A DNA stretch of 64,000 bases. Origin: a candidate division WOR-3 bacterium. GTDB taxonomy: Bacteria; Hydrothermota; Hydrothermia; LBFQ01. The stretch spans positions 256,001-320,000 of the forward strand of contig JBDRWW010000001.1 of NCBI GenBank assembly GCA_039802605.1. Direction: 5' to 3'. The translations under genes were made by a program, and so were the position numbers. The notes under the pieces are model-generated. The model saw only the letters and a list, made by a program, of their open reading frames with translations, made no database searches and was not told the origin of the DNA. This document shows, in pieces, positions 18,135 to 27,960 of the stretch. Positions within the stretch are counted from its first letter, which is position 1, and every line of letters starts with the position of its first letter.

Positions 18135-18559
18135 TGTTTTTATCCCAAACCACGGAGTACGCCCTAAGCGTTCTTGTGGAGATATACAGAACCAAAAAGA
18201 GGAAAGGGGGATATGTTAGGCTTGAAGACCTACCGGAAAGGTTTAGAAAACCTTACATAGGATTGATACTCAACCATTTAGTGAAGAAGGGGATTTTAAG
18301 ATCCCAAAAAGGCAAAGGCGGGGGATTTGATTTCAACATTCCACCCAATAAACTTACATTATGGAGAATTGTTGAGGTTTTAGAGGATACGGAACGGTAC
18401 GACAGATGCGTTTTTGGTTTGGAGCAATGTAATTCTTCTCAACCCTGCCCATTTCACAAAGAAATTGAGCCCATAAGGGAACGATTTAAAAGGTTTTTAA
18501 CGGGAAACACCATAGAGAAGTTGGCAAGAAATCTACCGGAAAGCATAACGGCCTTATAA
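18134..18559 (+). CDS. Rrf2 family transcriptional regulator
   Basis: TEYAL, SQKGKGGGF, LTLWRIVEVLE and a C-x6-C-x5-CPFH cysteine cluster. Confidence 0.9.
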   Translation: MFLSQTTEYALSVLVEIYRTKKRKGGYVRLEDLPERFRKPYIGLILNHLVKKGILRSQKGKGGGFDFNIPPNKLTLWRIVEVLEDTERYDRCVFGLEQCNSSQPCPFHKEIEPIRERFKRFLTGNTIEKLARNLPESITAL

Positions 18560-18567
18560 TATCATGC

Positions 18568-18957
18568 ATGTTGGATTTTGGCTTACTCTTTTTAAGGTTT
18601 ATAGTATCCCTTTTGATGATTTTGGGGCACGGTGTTCCGAAAGTTTTGAATCCGCAATCCCACATAAACCTTGTTGAAATGGCCTTTCACACCGGCCCCC
18701 TATCCCCAATATTGGCATACTTATCCATAGCAGCGGAAACCCTATTTCAGGTGTTCATTTTATTCGGTATCTTTACCCGTATATCCTCTCTTATATCCTC
18801 CATAAACATGCTCGTAGCCCTGTTTTTCCTTATATTCATAAGGGGTACGGATTTCCCAAATTATGAAAAAGCCCTGTTATACTTTGTAATATATACTTTT
18901 CTTGTTTTCTCGGGTGCGGGGAGGTATTCCTTTGATGAGTTGGTAAGGAGGAGATGA
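18568..18957 (+). CDS. DoxX family membrane protein
   Basis: LRF...HGVPK, AE...GIFTR and GAGRYSFD motifs. Confidence 0.9.
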   Translation: MLDFGLLFLRFIVSLLMILGHGVPKVLNPQSHINLVEMAFHTGPLSPILAYLSIAAETLFQVFILFGIFTRISSLISSINMLVALFFLIFIRGTDFPNYEKALLYFVIYTFLVFSGAGRYSFDELVRRR

Positions 18958-21900
18958 TGGTACCATTTTACTTTACCCTTCAAAATCCAACATTTAAAGA
19001 TGTAGGTTTTTATGTGTATCCAGTTGTTGAAGGTGGAGTATATAATTACATCGCCGGAGAACCCTTCTTACCTTACCTCGTCTTGGAAATAAATACCGGC
19101 TTTCCGGTAAGAAGCGTTGAATTAACCGTTTTGGATGTTGATACATTCCTTTTAAACAAACCTTTATATCCATCCCAAGGGTTTTTGTATGCAGACGGTA
19201 GAGAAATACCTTATGACGAGTTTAAGCCAAAATATAGGGGAGAGTATGGGGGCTTTGGCGTTATTTCTTGGAGGTATTCCAAGGGTAGGGTTTTTGTTGT
19301 AATATCGGCCTTTAAATATATTTCCGAGGGGAATATCCTACTATTTTCAAGGGGGATAAAACTTGAAGTGGAGCCCTTAATCGGGGTTAAAAGCAAAGAC
19401 GAAGGCAATTACAATTCGCAAGAGCACTACGATATGCTTTTGATATATCCGGATAACTTCTCGGGCGGCTCCGTTGAAAGGTTTATAAACTTTAAAAAGA
19501 AACAGGCCATAAGGGTTATAGCAAAGAAGGTTCAAGAGGCTAATGATTTTCGGGGTAGGGATTTGGCCGAAAGGATCAGGGAAATGATAAAGTATTATCA
19601 CTCACAGTTCGGTGTAAAATGGGTTTTGTTGGTAGGCGATAACGATGTTATACCCGTAAGATATGCAAAGTTATACGCATATTTCCAATACGGAAACGAA
19701 ATTCCCACAGACCTTTATTATGCGGATTTGGATGGGGATTGGGATTTAAACGGGAACGGGGTTTTTGGTGAGGTTTCGGATAGCCTTGATCTGTTTGCGG
19801 ATGTTTATGTTGGCAGAATTCCTATAAACGACGAATATGTTTTTGATAGGTATATTGATATGCTTGAAGAATATTTAAACTTTTCGCCGAGATATTTAAA
19901 GGTTTTTGCCCTGGGTTATGACCTTTTTTCCGGAGGCTCAAACGAGGGTATGGATGCGGTAAATTATATGCTCCAAAACTTACCACCAACTATGACCCTT
20001 GATACCCTTTCAAGGATGGATTTAAGCTCTTTTATAGATTCTCTTAACACCCATTTCTTTACAACCGTTGTAGTTCATGGGAATTTTCAGCATTTTTTAC
20101 TCGGTGGGGGATATTACACCATTGGTTCCGCAACATCGCAAAATATCAACAAACCGGTGTTTTTGAACATAATAGATTGCAACAACGGTGCGCTGGATAA
20201 GCCTTCTTTGGTGAAGTTTATTTTTAATAACTCCAATTCCGGGATTATAGGGATAAGGGCTACGAGTAGATTAAACGCCCCAACATTTTCGTCCACTGTG
20301 GATAAGGCCTTTATAGACTCCGTATTTTCGGGCAAGAGTCTTGGGGAAGCCTTTTATAAATCCTTAGCATACTTTATACCCTTAGCAATATCCGACAACA
20401 TTTACAGATACCTCACTTTTGGTTATGTTCTTTACGGCGACCCATCTTTATACCTTTGGCATAGTAATCCCTCTACCCTTAGTTTCTCTTCAACTCTTCC
20501 GGGTTCAACATATGGAACATTGTATGTGAATTGCGATTCCGGTTGTAGGGTTTTGGTTGATGGCATTACTTCATATGTTTCGGATGGTTCTACAAAATCC
20601 ATAACCACAAACTTCCCGAATAATCTTAAAATATACGCTTACAAACCCAATTATTATCCCGCCGAAACCTCCGCTGTTTTAACCGGTTATAAATTAAAGT
20701 TTTATTTAAACAAAAGTGTTTTAAGCGTTGGGGATACGGCGGAATTAACCTTGTATATAGAAAATAACGGAAATGCTCCGTTCAACGATACTGTTGAGAT
20801 TTCCTTTTTGAAGGATACCGTATTTATGGCCTATATTCCACCTAAGGGTAAAATAAACATCCGTTTCGATGTGTTTTCACCTTTTGAGGGTGATACATTT
20901 TTGGTAATAAACTCCGAAACATTACGGGTTAATTTTATAAACAACTCACCCCTTGTATTCCTATCACCCTTTGGAACATGGATAACAAACCCCCACAATG
21001 TGCAAACGGATACATTTTTCATAAACGGAAATCCCTATATTTTGCGGGAAAAATCGTATTATGTTGTTTCCGCGGATACGGTTTTCTTTTATTATAAATC
21101 CTATGCGGATACAATATTGCCAACACCCGTGGATACACCGGTTGTTTCCTTCACCCCTATCCAAAACGGAATAAGGATAACTTCAAGCGATACCTTTATG
21201 GTTTTTCACACATATGACAGGAAAACATTACGACCTTTAACCCTAAAACCTATAACTGGAATGTTTGAAATCAATAACATTTCGGGATTTTTGGGAATAT
21301 CAAGGGTTAGGAGGTTTAACCTTTCAAATCCCGTATGGATAGAGGTAAGGGGCTTCCCGAGAAAGGTTTGGGAGATTACATTAAAAGGGGCGGGGCAAAC
21401 ATCCCCGATTTTTATAAACGGATATATATATGCCACAGCAAATTCCAAAATTTATAAACTTAACTTAAACGGTGTAATTTTGGACAGTGCAGACTTAACC
21501 GGTGATGTTTGGGATAACATATCCTATGGTGATGGCCTATTAGGTATAGTTTCATCCAACGGAAAATTCGGGATTTATGATACTTCCTTAAACGCTTTAA
21601 AAGTTTTTGATATAACGGTTATTCCTACACAAACACAGGTTGCATACTTTAACGGTAAGTTTTATATAAATTCGGGAAACAACCTTTTAAGGTGCGATAC
21701 AACTAAATGCGATACCCTATTCTCCGATACGAGTTTAATAACATCTTTTTCCATAAGGCAGAACGGGGAAATATTTCTAACAACTTTCAAAAACCTTTAC
21801 AGGATTTATAACGATAGCATTTATGCTTTAAAAACCTTTTATAACCAAACCCGTCAGGTCGTTTCAACAAACTCCAAGGTTTTTGTTTTACTAAACGCCT

Positions 21901-22544
21901 ATTTATACACTTATCCGGATGATACTACGATTTATATCGGAGAAACCGACGGATATATGTCTTTAACGCCAAGGGGGGAGGCCGTAATTTCACTCTTAAA
22001 CAGGGGTTATATGAGCGGAAATTATACGAACCAATACTGGACTTTGGCCTTTTATAACGAACCTTTATCGGCATTCATAAACGGAAAGGAAACTTATATC
22101 TTTGCCCCAGGAGATGGGGGATTTTTCGCTTTTGACAGCTTGGGAAATATTATTCCCCTTTCTCCCTTCGGAAACAATGTATTAACGGGTAGGTCATACG
22201 AGTTGTTTGAAAATGGCGGAAAGGTATATCTCCTTTTGGCAAACTCCTGGAATATAACACTTTACGAGTTGGGTGAGGGGACAATTTCGGGTTATTGGTA
22301 TTATTCGGGTGGGGATTTAAGCCGTAGGAATTACTTAAATGTTGGGACAATAAGCGTATCGGAAATAACGGATTCAAAGGGATGTGTATTTATTGAAAGG
22401 GATAAGGTGGTTATGGAATGCGAAGGGGTTATATACGATGTTTTGGGTAGAAAGGTTTTTAAAGGTAAGGGGGTGTTTTCCAAAAGGGGTGCGTTTTTTG
22501 TTAAGGTTAAGGATAGGGTTTTAAAGGTTGTTTTAAAACTCTAA
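18954..22544 (+). CDS. C25 (gingipain-like) cysteine peptidase with T9SS-like C-terminal domain
   Basis: WVLLVGD, PTDLYYADLDG, VGRIP, HG...C dyad (VVHGNF, IIDCNNG), LYGDPS; tail IYDVLGRKV...GAFFVK. Confidence 0.85.
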   Translation: MMVPFYFTLQNPTFKDVGFYVYPVVEGGVYNYIAGEPFLPYLVLEINTGFPVRSVELTVLDVDTFLLNKPLYPSQGFLYADGREIPYDEFKPKYRGEYGGFGVISWRYSKGRVFVVISAFKYISEGNILLFSRGIKLEVEPLIGVKSKDEGNYNSQEHYDMLLIYPDNFSGGSVERFINFKKKQAIRVIAKKVQEANDFRGRDLAERIREMIKYYHSQFGVKWVLLVGDNDVIPVRYAKLYAYFQYGNEIPTDLYYADLDGDWDLNGNGVFGEVSDSLDLFADVYVGRIPINDEYVFDRYIDMLEEYLNFSPRYLKVFALGYDLFSGGSNEGMDAVNYMLQNLPPTMTLDTLSRMDLSSFIDSLNTHFFTTVVVHGNFQHFLLGGGYYTIGSATSQNINKPVFLNIIDCNNGALDKPSLVKFIFNNSNSGIIGIRATSRLNAPTFSSTVDKAFIDSVFSGKSLGEAFYKSLAYFIPLAISDNIYRYLTFGYVLYGDPSLYLWHSNPSTLSFSSTLPGSTYGTLYVNCDSGCRVLVDGITSYVSDGSTKSITTNFPNNLKIYAYKPNYYPAETSAVLTGYKLKFYLNKSVLSVGDTAELTLYIENNGNAPFNDTVEISFLKDTVFMAYIPPKGKINIRFDVFSPFEGDTFLVINSETLRVNFINNSPLVFLSPFGTWITNPHNVQTDTFFINGNPYILREKSYYVVSADTVFFYYKSYADTILPTPVDTPVVSFTPIQNGIRITSSDTFMVFHTYDRKTLRPLTLKPITGMFEINNISGFLGISRVRRFNLSNPVWIEVRGFPRKVWEITLKGAGQTSPIFINGYIYATANSKIYKLNLNGVILDSADLTGDVWDNISYGDGLLGIVSSNGKFGIYDTSLNALKVFDITVIPTQTQVAYFNGKFYINSGNNLLRCDTTKCDTLFSDTSLITSFSIRQNGEIFLTTFKNLYRIYNDSIYALKTFYNQTRQVVSTNSKVFVLLNAYLYTYPDDTTIYIGETDGYMSLTPRGEAVISLLNRGYMSGNYTNQYWTLAFYNEPLSAFINGKETYIFAPGDGGFFAFDSLGNIIPLSPFGNNVLTGRSYELFENGGKVYLLLANSWNITLYELGEGTISGYWYYSGGDLSRRNYLNVGTISVSEITDSKGCVFIERDKVVMECEGVIYDVLGRKVFKGKGVFSKRGAFFVKVKDRVLKVVLKL

Positions 22545-22563
22545 TCAACCTTAAAATAACGGT

Positions 22564-22899
22564 ATGGAAAAGTATATCTCAGATCATCTTCGCTATAAAA
22601 CGTTAGATGATTATGTAAAAAAAGAGATAGAAATTTTCCGGAAGTATGGTATTAAAGATGAGCTCTACCGCTTTCCGGATGTATGGGTCTCTCCTACACT
22701 TGAAGATATCTCTGAATTTATAGAAGAGGGTCATCGTATGTCCCCGGAGGTTGAGGCAGAGTTGAGGGCAGTCCTTATTGAGAAATTGGCGGAACTTGAG
22801 GACTGGCAGAAGGAGGCTCTACGTGAGGAGTTTCGTTGGTATCACAAGGTCTATCCCGACCGCAAGAAGCACTGGTGGTGGTGGCTACTTGAAGACTAA
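22564..22899 (+). CDS. Hypothetical protein ending in HWWWWL
   Basis: 111-aa ORF with its own TAAAAT box 6 nt upstream; uses CGT/CGC Arg codons, unlike its neighbours. Confidence 0.65.
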   Translation: MEKYISDHLRYKTLDDYVKKEIEIFRKYGIKDELYRFPDVWVSPTLEDISEFIEEGHRMSPEVEAELRAVLIEKLAELEDWQKEALREEFRWYHKVYPDRKKHWWWWLLED

Positions 22900-22911
22900 G
22901 GGCATTTCTAC

Positions 22912-22944
22912 GGAAATCCTACAACCTTAAAATTCCCGTATAAT
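22912..22944 (+). repeat. 33-bp direct repeat copy 1 flanking the type II RM pair
   Basis: GGAAATCCTACAACCTTAAAATTCCCGTATAAT, 32/33 identical to 25096-25128. Confidence 0.9.
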
Positions 22945-22946
22945 TT

Positions 22947-24419
22947 ATGCTAAAATATAAATTCCTTGGTCAAGTTTGGACACCGAGGGAAATAGCAGAA
23001 TTTATGTTAGATAAAATAAATTTAGATTTTCCAAATTTAAGGATACTTGAACCCGCATGCGGTGAGGGGATCTTTTTGGAAGTTTTGGTAAATAGGTTAA
23101 AAGGCAGAAGTTATGAAATCCATTGCGTTGATATAGACAAAAAGGCTTTGGAAATTGCACAAAGAAAGTTTTACAACAATCCGAATATCAAGTTCTTTTA
23201 CATGGATTTCCTAAAAAAATTTAAAGGTTTTGGATATGACATCATAATATCAAATCCCCCATACATAAGGATACAAAATATACCGGACGGTTATAAGGAC
23301 TTTTTGTTTAATAATTTTAAATTTTGCAGGGGTGATACCGATATATTTTATGCATTTATTGAGAAATCACTAAGGATTTTAAACAATAAAGGATATTTGG
23401 CATTTATAATACCCAATTCTTGGTTATGGTCAAAAGCAGGAGAACCGTTCAGAAATTTTTTAATGAAAATGGAATACAATGTTGAGGTTTATGATTTTGA
23501 TCACTTTCAAATTTTTAGTGATGTATCAACCTATGTTTCCATAATTATATTACGGAAAGAAAAGGGACTCTATGGTTATTACAGGTTTGACGGTTCGGGT
23601 TTTGAGGGTAAAACCCTTTCTTGGCACAAAGTTAGATACTTTAAAGTTGTGGATAATGAAATTGTAGAAATGGTTCAATCCCAACCTTTAAAAATCGGCG
23701 ATATAAGGGTTGGTATAGCAACCTTATGCGATAGAGTTTTCATTTTTGAACCCGAGGGTGAAGATAAAAATTTTTATTTGTACAAGGGCTTTAAAATTGA
23801 AAAATCCATAACCAAAGAGATTATAAAAAACAGTAAAATTAAGAGTCATGAGGATATAAAGAACAACCGTTTAAGAATAATTTTCCCATATAAGAGCGGA
23901 AAATTGATAAAAGAAAATGTTCTTAAAGAAGAGTTTCCAAATGCGTATGAATATCTTTTGAATCATAAAGAAGAACTTTTAAAAAGGGACAAGGGTAAAA
24001 AGGTATATGAAAATTGGTACGCATTCGGCAGAACCCAGGGAATAAAAACATTATTTGGTAAAAAAATCTTAACACCTGCATTTAGTAAAAAACCGAATTT
24101 TGTGTATTGCGATAAAGAAGAGGCTTTGTTTTATGCGGGATATGGAATTTTTAACCCCCCTTATGATTTTGATGTTGTTGAGAAAATATTAAACAGTAGT
24201 TTAATTGAAAGTTATATGAATACCATATCAAAACCTTATAGAAACAATTGGAGATCATATTCAAAGGCCTTTCTGGAAAAAATAAGACTACCAATTTTAA
24301 ATCCCGATGAGATTGATAAACTCAAAAACACAACTAAAAAGGAGGAAATAGATGAATTTGTTTTGTGGTTGTACAAAAGAAAAGGCTTTAGAGGAAGCGT
24401 TAAGGGAAAGCTATTATAA
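22947..24419 (+). CDS. Type II N6-adenine DNA methyltransferase (gamma class, TaqI/Eco57I-like)
   Basis: GQVWTP, LEPACGEG (motif I), NPPY (motif IV), C-terminal target-recognition region with WYAFGRTQ; AT-rich. Confidence 0.9.
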   Translation: MLKYKFLGQVWTPREIAEFMLDKINLDFPNLRILEPACGEGIFLEVLVNRLKGRSYEIHCVDIDKKALEIAQRKFYNNPNIKFFYMDFLKKFKGFGYDIIISNPPYIRIQNIPDGYKDFLFNNFKFCRGDTDIFYAFIEKSLRILNNKGYLAFIIPNSWLWSKAGEPFRNFLMKMEYNVEVYDFDHFQIFSDVSTYVSIIILRKEKGLYGYYRFDGSGFEGKTLSWHKVRYFKVVDNEIVEMVQSQPLKIGDIRVGIATLCDRVFIFEPEGEDKNFYLYKGFKIEKSITKEIIKNSKIKSHEDIKNNRLRIIFPYKSGKLIKENVLKEEFPNAYEYLLNHKEELLKRDKGKKVYENWYAFGRTQGIKTLFGKKILTPAFSKKPNFVYCDKEEALFYAGYGIFNPPYDFDVVEKILNSSLIESYMNTISKPYRNNWRSYSKAFLEKIRLPILNPDEIDKLKNTTKKEEIDEFVLWLYKRKGFRGSVKGKLL

Positions 24420-25005
24420 CTACCTTGAAGGGTATAAAAAGGGCAAAAAGGGTTCAAGGAGCACGGCAAAATTACTTACATTGCATAAGTTTATAGCGGA
24501 AAATGTTAAGGAAATTTTGGAGAATAACTTAAAGGCAAAATTTGAGGTTTTCTACATAAACGGAAAAGAAGTTAATATAAATGGTGCTTTCTATACTAAA
24601 AGGGTAGATGTATTTATCGGGCAAATAGGAAACTTTGAAGTTTTGAAAGATAGCGCAAAGAAAATTCATATATCTATAAAAAATCCCGAAAATCTATTCG
24701 TCTTTTCAATAAAGTTCATTACATCCAACTACAAACAAAATGCGAATAATTACTTTGAAAGTTTGATAGGAGAAACCGTAAATTTAAAGTCCTTAGGTAT
24801 CAAATTCGGTTATCTATTATTTTTAAAACACCCCATGCCTTATTTGGATAAAGTAGGCGTAATAAAAAAGTTTGAAGAAATTAGCGAAGATGACATTTTA
24901 AAATATTACAAACTATTCCAGAAACGGAAAGAGATTTTTTCACCAGATTTTATATTTTTGGGAGTTTATAAAATAAGCGCATTAATGAATCGCGGAAAAA
25001 TTTGA
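24352..25005 (+). CDS. Putative type II restriction endonuclease (start uncertain)
   Basis: Directly follows the MTase inside the direct repeats; KRVDV...SIK..SNYKQNANNYFE resembles a PD-(D/E)xK core. Confidence 0.6.
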   Translation: MNLFCGCTKEKALEEALRESYYNYLEGYKKGKKGSRSTAKLLTLHKFIAENVKEILENNLKAKFEVFYINGKEVNINGAFYTKRVDVFIGQIGNFEVLKDSAKKIHISIKNPENLFVFSIKFITSNYKQNANNYFESLIGETVNLKSLGIKFGYLLFLKHPMPYLDKVGVIKKFEEISEDDILKYYKLFQKRKEIFSPDFIFLGVYKISALMNRGKI

Positions 25006-25095
25006 TAGAATAACTGTATTCAGATATATCCCAAAAAACATAAAAAACGGTTATCTTATTTCTTTTTTATCCCAACCTTTTTGCAGATTTTTATG

Positions 25096-25128
25096 GGAAA
25101 TCCTCCAACCTTAAAATTCCCGTATAAT
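25096..25128 (+). repeat. 33-bp direct repeat copy 2 (panD promoter region)
   Basis: GGAAATCCTCCAACCTTAAAATTCCCGTATAAT immediately before the panD ATG. Confidence 0.9.
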
Positions 25129-25129
25129 C

Positions 25130-25480
25130 ATGCTGGTAAAGGTTTTGAGGGCAAAAATACATTGGGCGAGGGTTACGGATAAGGATTTGAATTATGAGGG
25201 GAGTATAGTTATAAGTAGGGAACTTTTGGAAAAGGTGGGAATTTTACCTTATGAGAGCGTTTTAATAGTCAATGTGGAAACCGGTAATAGGTTTGAAACA
25301 TATGTTATACCCACGGATGAAAAGGGGGTAATTCAGTTGAACGGGGGGACTGCAAGGCTTGTGGAGATAGGCGATAGGTTGATAATCATGGCCTTTGGCT
25401 GGTTTGAAATTGATAAGGCAAAAGATGTTAAACCTAAGATAATCGTATTAAATGAAAGGAATGAGATAATTCAACCTTAA
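25130..25480 (+). CDS. panD: Aspartate 1-decarboxylase
   Basis: AKIHxARVT, YEGS self-cleavage site, GNRFETYVI, NGxxARL. Confidence 0.95.
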   Translation: MLVKVLRAKIHWARVTDKDLNYEGSIVISRELLEKVGILPYESVLIVNVETGNRFETYVIPTDEKGVIQLNGGTARLVEIGDRLIIMAFGWFEIDKAKDVKPKIIVLNERNEIIQP

Positions 25481-25490
25481 AATACCCGCT

Positions 25491-25997
25491 ATGAGTATTC
25501 TTAGGAATATGTTCGTGAATTTCAAACACATATTCAAAAAACCCGTTACGGTTATGTATCCGAATAAAACGAGAGAAATTCCCGAAAGGTGGAGGCTTGG
25601 GGGATTTGCCCTAACATATAACCCCGAGACGGGTGAGGAAAACTGCATAGGTTGTCAGTTATGCCAAAACATATGCCCTTCACAGATAATAACCGTTGTA
25701 AGAGGTATGGAAACCATAACATTACCAGATGGTAGCACCAAGAAAAAAACATTTGCAAAGGAGTTTTATTTAGATTTTCAAGCCTGCATGCAATGCGAAC
25801 TGTGCGTTCAGGTTTGTCCTACGGATGCAATAGTAATGGTTAAGGAAAGGAGAAAACCGGGATATACGAGGGAGGATCTGCTATACGACAAGGAAAGGCT
25901 TCTTGAAAACGGAAGAAGGATATTAAAAGGAGAACTTGAAGTTTCTTGGACAACGGGTAATAGAATAAGGGAATTACAAGATCCTAAGAGGGCATGA
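25491..25997 (+). CDS. nuoI: NADH-quinone oxidoreductase subunit I (two 4Fe-4S)
   Basis: VTVMYP; CIGCQLCQNICP and CMQCELCVQVCPTDAI; REDLLYDKERLL. Confidence 0.85.
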   Translation: MSILRNMFVNFKHIFKKPVTVMYPNKTREIPERWRLGGFALTYNPETGEENCIGCQLCQNICPSQIITVVRGMETITLPDGSTKKKTFAKEFYLDFQACMQCELCVQVCPTDAIVMVKERRKPGYTREDLLYDKERLLENGRRILKGELEVSWTTGNRIRELQDPKRA

Positions 25998-26341
25998 TCG
26001 GTTTTCTTTTATTTGTATCTTCGCCGGATGTAAATGTTGCAAAGGATACAGTGGTGGAAACAAACATGTCTTTTTGGTCATATTCTTCCTGTGCCGCAGC
26101 TTCCGGAGTAGAAGTTTTGGCATTCTACCTATCTTCTGGTTTGAGCGGGGGAATACCTTTATTGATAAGCACGGGTGCGGGTGGCACCGCGTGTGCGGTT
26201 TATAGTTATACCGCATACACCTTAACCCCCATAAAAGAGTTAAAACCAAAAGCTTTTAACAGTGCTTTTAGAGGGGGGACTGTGGGGATATTTTTGGGTT
26301 TAGGGACTGTAATAGTCTTAAAGCGTTTAGGGGTATTTTAG
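25994..26341 (+). CDS. Hypothetical membrane protein
   Basis: Gly/Ala-rich hydrophobic helices; ATGA-coupled to nuoI. Confidence 0.55.
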   Translation: MIGFLLFVSSPDVNVAKDTVVETNMSFWSYSSCAAASGVEVLAFYLSSGLSGGIPLLISTGAGGTACAVYSYTAYTLTPIKELKPKAFNSAFRGGTVGIFLGLGTVIVLKRLGVF

Positions 26342-26347
26342 AAAATT

Positions 26348-27535
26348 ATGGCAAATACAAAACTTGTTGAAGAGATTAAGGCGGAAATAGAGAATTTGAA
26401 GGAAACGGGGTTTTATGTGAATATCAGAACTGTACAAAGCCCCGTGGATGCGTGGGTTATAGTTGATGGTAAGAGGGTGTTAAACTTAACCTCCAACAAC
26501 TACTTGGGATTTGCAAACGAACCGAGGTTGAGGGAAGCGGCAAAAAAAGCAATTGATGAATACGGCATAGGTCCCGCCGCGGTTAGAACAATATCCGGAA
26601 CTATGAATCTCCATCTTATTTTGGAAAAAATGCTTGCAGAGTTTAAGAAGGCCGAGGCGGTAATATCCTATCAGAGTGGTTTTAAATCCAACTTATCCGT
26701 AATACCTGCAATAGTCGGAAGGGAAGACGGTATATTTTCAGATGAGTTGAACCATGCCTCAATAATAGACGGTTGCAGGCTTTCAAGGGCAGAGATCATA
26801 AGGTATGCCCATGCGGATGTTGATGATTTAAGGAAAAAGTTGGCGGAAAACAGACACAGGTTCAGGCGGGCATTAATAGTTACGGATGGCGTTTTCTCGA
26901 TGGACGGGGATATAGCACCTTTACCGGATATAGTGAAGGTTGCGAAGGAATATGATGCCATAGTTATGGTAGATGACGCCCATGGTGAGGGTGTTCTGGG
27001 TAAAGGCGGTAGGGGTATAGTGGATCACTTTGACCTACACGGGGAGGTTGATATAGAAATAGGAACGCTTTCAAAGGCTTTTGGTGTTGTTGGTGGATAC
27101 GCAGCATCTTCAAGCGTTATAGTGGATTATCTAAGGCAAAAATCAAGACCTTTCCTTTTCTCCTCAGCAATGACCGTTCCGGATGTGGCCGCATGTATAG
27201 AAGCGGTTAGGATTTTGCAGGAAAGCGAGGATAGGGTTAAAAAGCTTTGGGATAACGCAAACTACTTTAAGAAAAGGATGCAGGAGGCGGGTTTTAACAC
27301 TTGGAAATCCCAAACACCTATAACACCGATAGTAATAGGAGACGAAAAGACAACCCAAGAGTTTTCCAAAAGGCTCTTTGAAGAGGGTATATTCGTTCAG
27401 GCAATAGTTTATCCGACGGTTCCAAAGGGTACTGCAAGAATGAGGGTTATGATCTCAGCGGTACATACCAAGGAAGATTTAGATTTTGCTGTTGATAAGT
27501 TTATAAAGGTGGGTAAGGAGTTGAGGGTTATATGA
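26348..27535 (+). CDS. kbl: Glycine C-acetyltransferase / 8-amino-7-oxononanoate synthase family PLP enzyme
   Basis: [41 protein letters not shown] and SRPFLFS motifs. Confidence 0.85.
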   Translation: MANTKLVEEIKAEIENLKETGFYVNIRTVQSPVDAWVIVDGKRVLNLTSNNYLGFANEPRLREAAKKAIDEYGIGPAAVRTISGTMNLHLILEKMLAEFKKAEAVISYQSGFKSNLSVIPAIVGREDGIFSDELNHASIIDGCRLSRAEIIRYAHADVDDLRKKLAENRHRFRRALIVTDGVFSMDGDIAPLPDIVKVAKEYDAIVMVDDAHGEGVLGKGGRGIVDHFDLHGEVDIEIGTLSKAFGVVGGYAASSSVIVDYLRQKSRPFLFSSAMTVPDVAACIEAVRILQESEDRVKKLWDNANYFKKRMQEAGFNTWKSQTPITPIVIGDEKTTQEFSKRLFEEGIFVQAIVYPTVPKGTARMRVMISAVHTKEDLDFAVDKFIKVGKELRVI

Positions 27536-27960
27536 AGGTGTATTTGAGGTATAACGGAAACTTTTGGGAAAACTCAAAAAGGTATGAATATAAAGGCAAC
27601 AAGGATGTGGTTAAGTATGTACTTTTCGGAGAAGAGGAAGGTTTAAACTTTGAGGTTAGGGTCTTTGTGGTGGAACCGGGGGGAGCAACATCCTTAGAAA
27701 AACACCAACACCAGCACGCCGTTTTGGTTTTGGAAGGTGAGGGCTCAGTGCTAGTAGGTAATAAGATATACGATATAAAACCCCTTGACGGTATATTCGT
27801 TCCACCATTAACGCCTCACCAGTTTGTGGCAAACAAGGGAAGTATTTTAAAGATCCTATGCATTGTTGATGCGCGTAGGGATAGACCACAAAGGTTAAGC
27901 GACGAGGAATTGAAGGATCTTTTAAAAAATCCGGAAATAGCGGGCGTTATAAAACCTTAA
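27532..27960 (+). CDS. Cupin domain protein
   Basis: [19 protein letters not shown]...PHQF. Confidence 0.9.
   Translation: MKVYLRYNGNFWENSKRYEYKGNKDVVKYVLFGEEEGLNFEVRVFVVEPGGATSLEKHQHQHAVLVLEGEGSVLVGNKIYDIKPLDGIFVPPLTPHQFVANKGSILKILCIVDARRDRPQRLSDEELKDLLKNPEIAGVIKP

Noticed and set aside
22546..25493. Integron cassette array
   Set aside because: No integrase and no attC-like imperfect palindromes with RYYYAAC/GTTRRRY ends; panD and nuoI are core genes.
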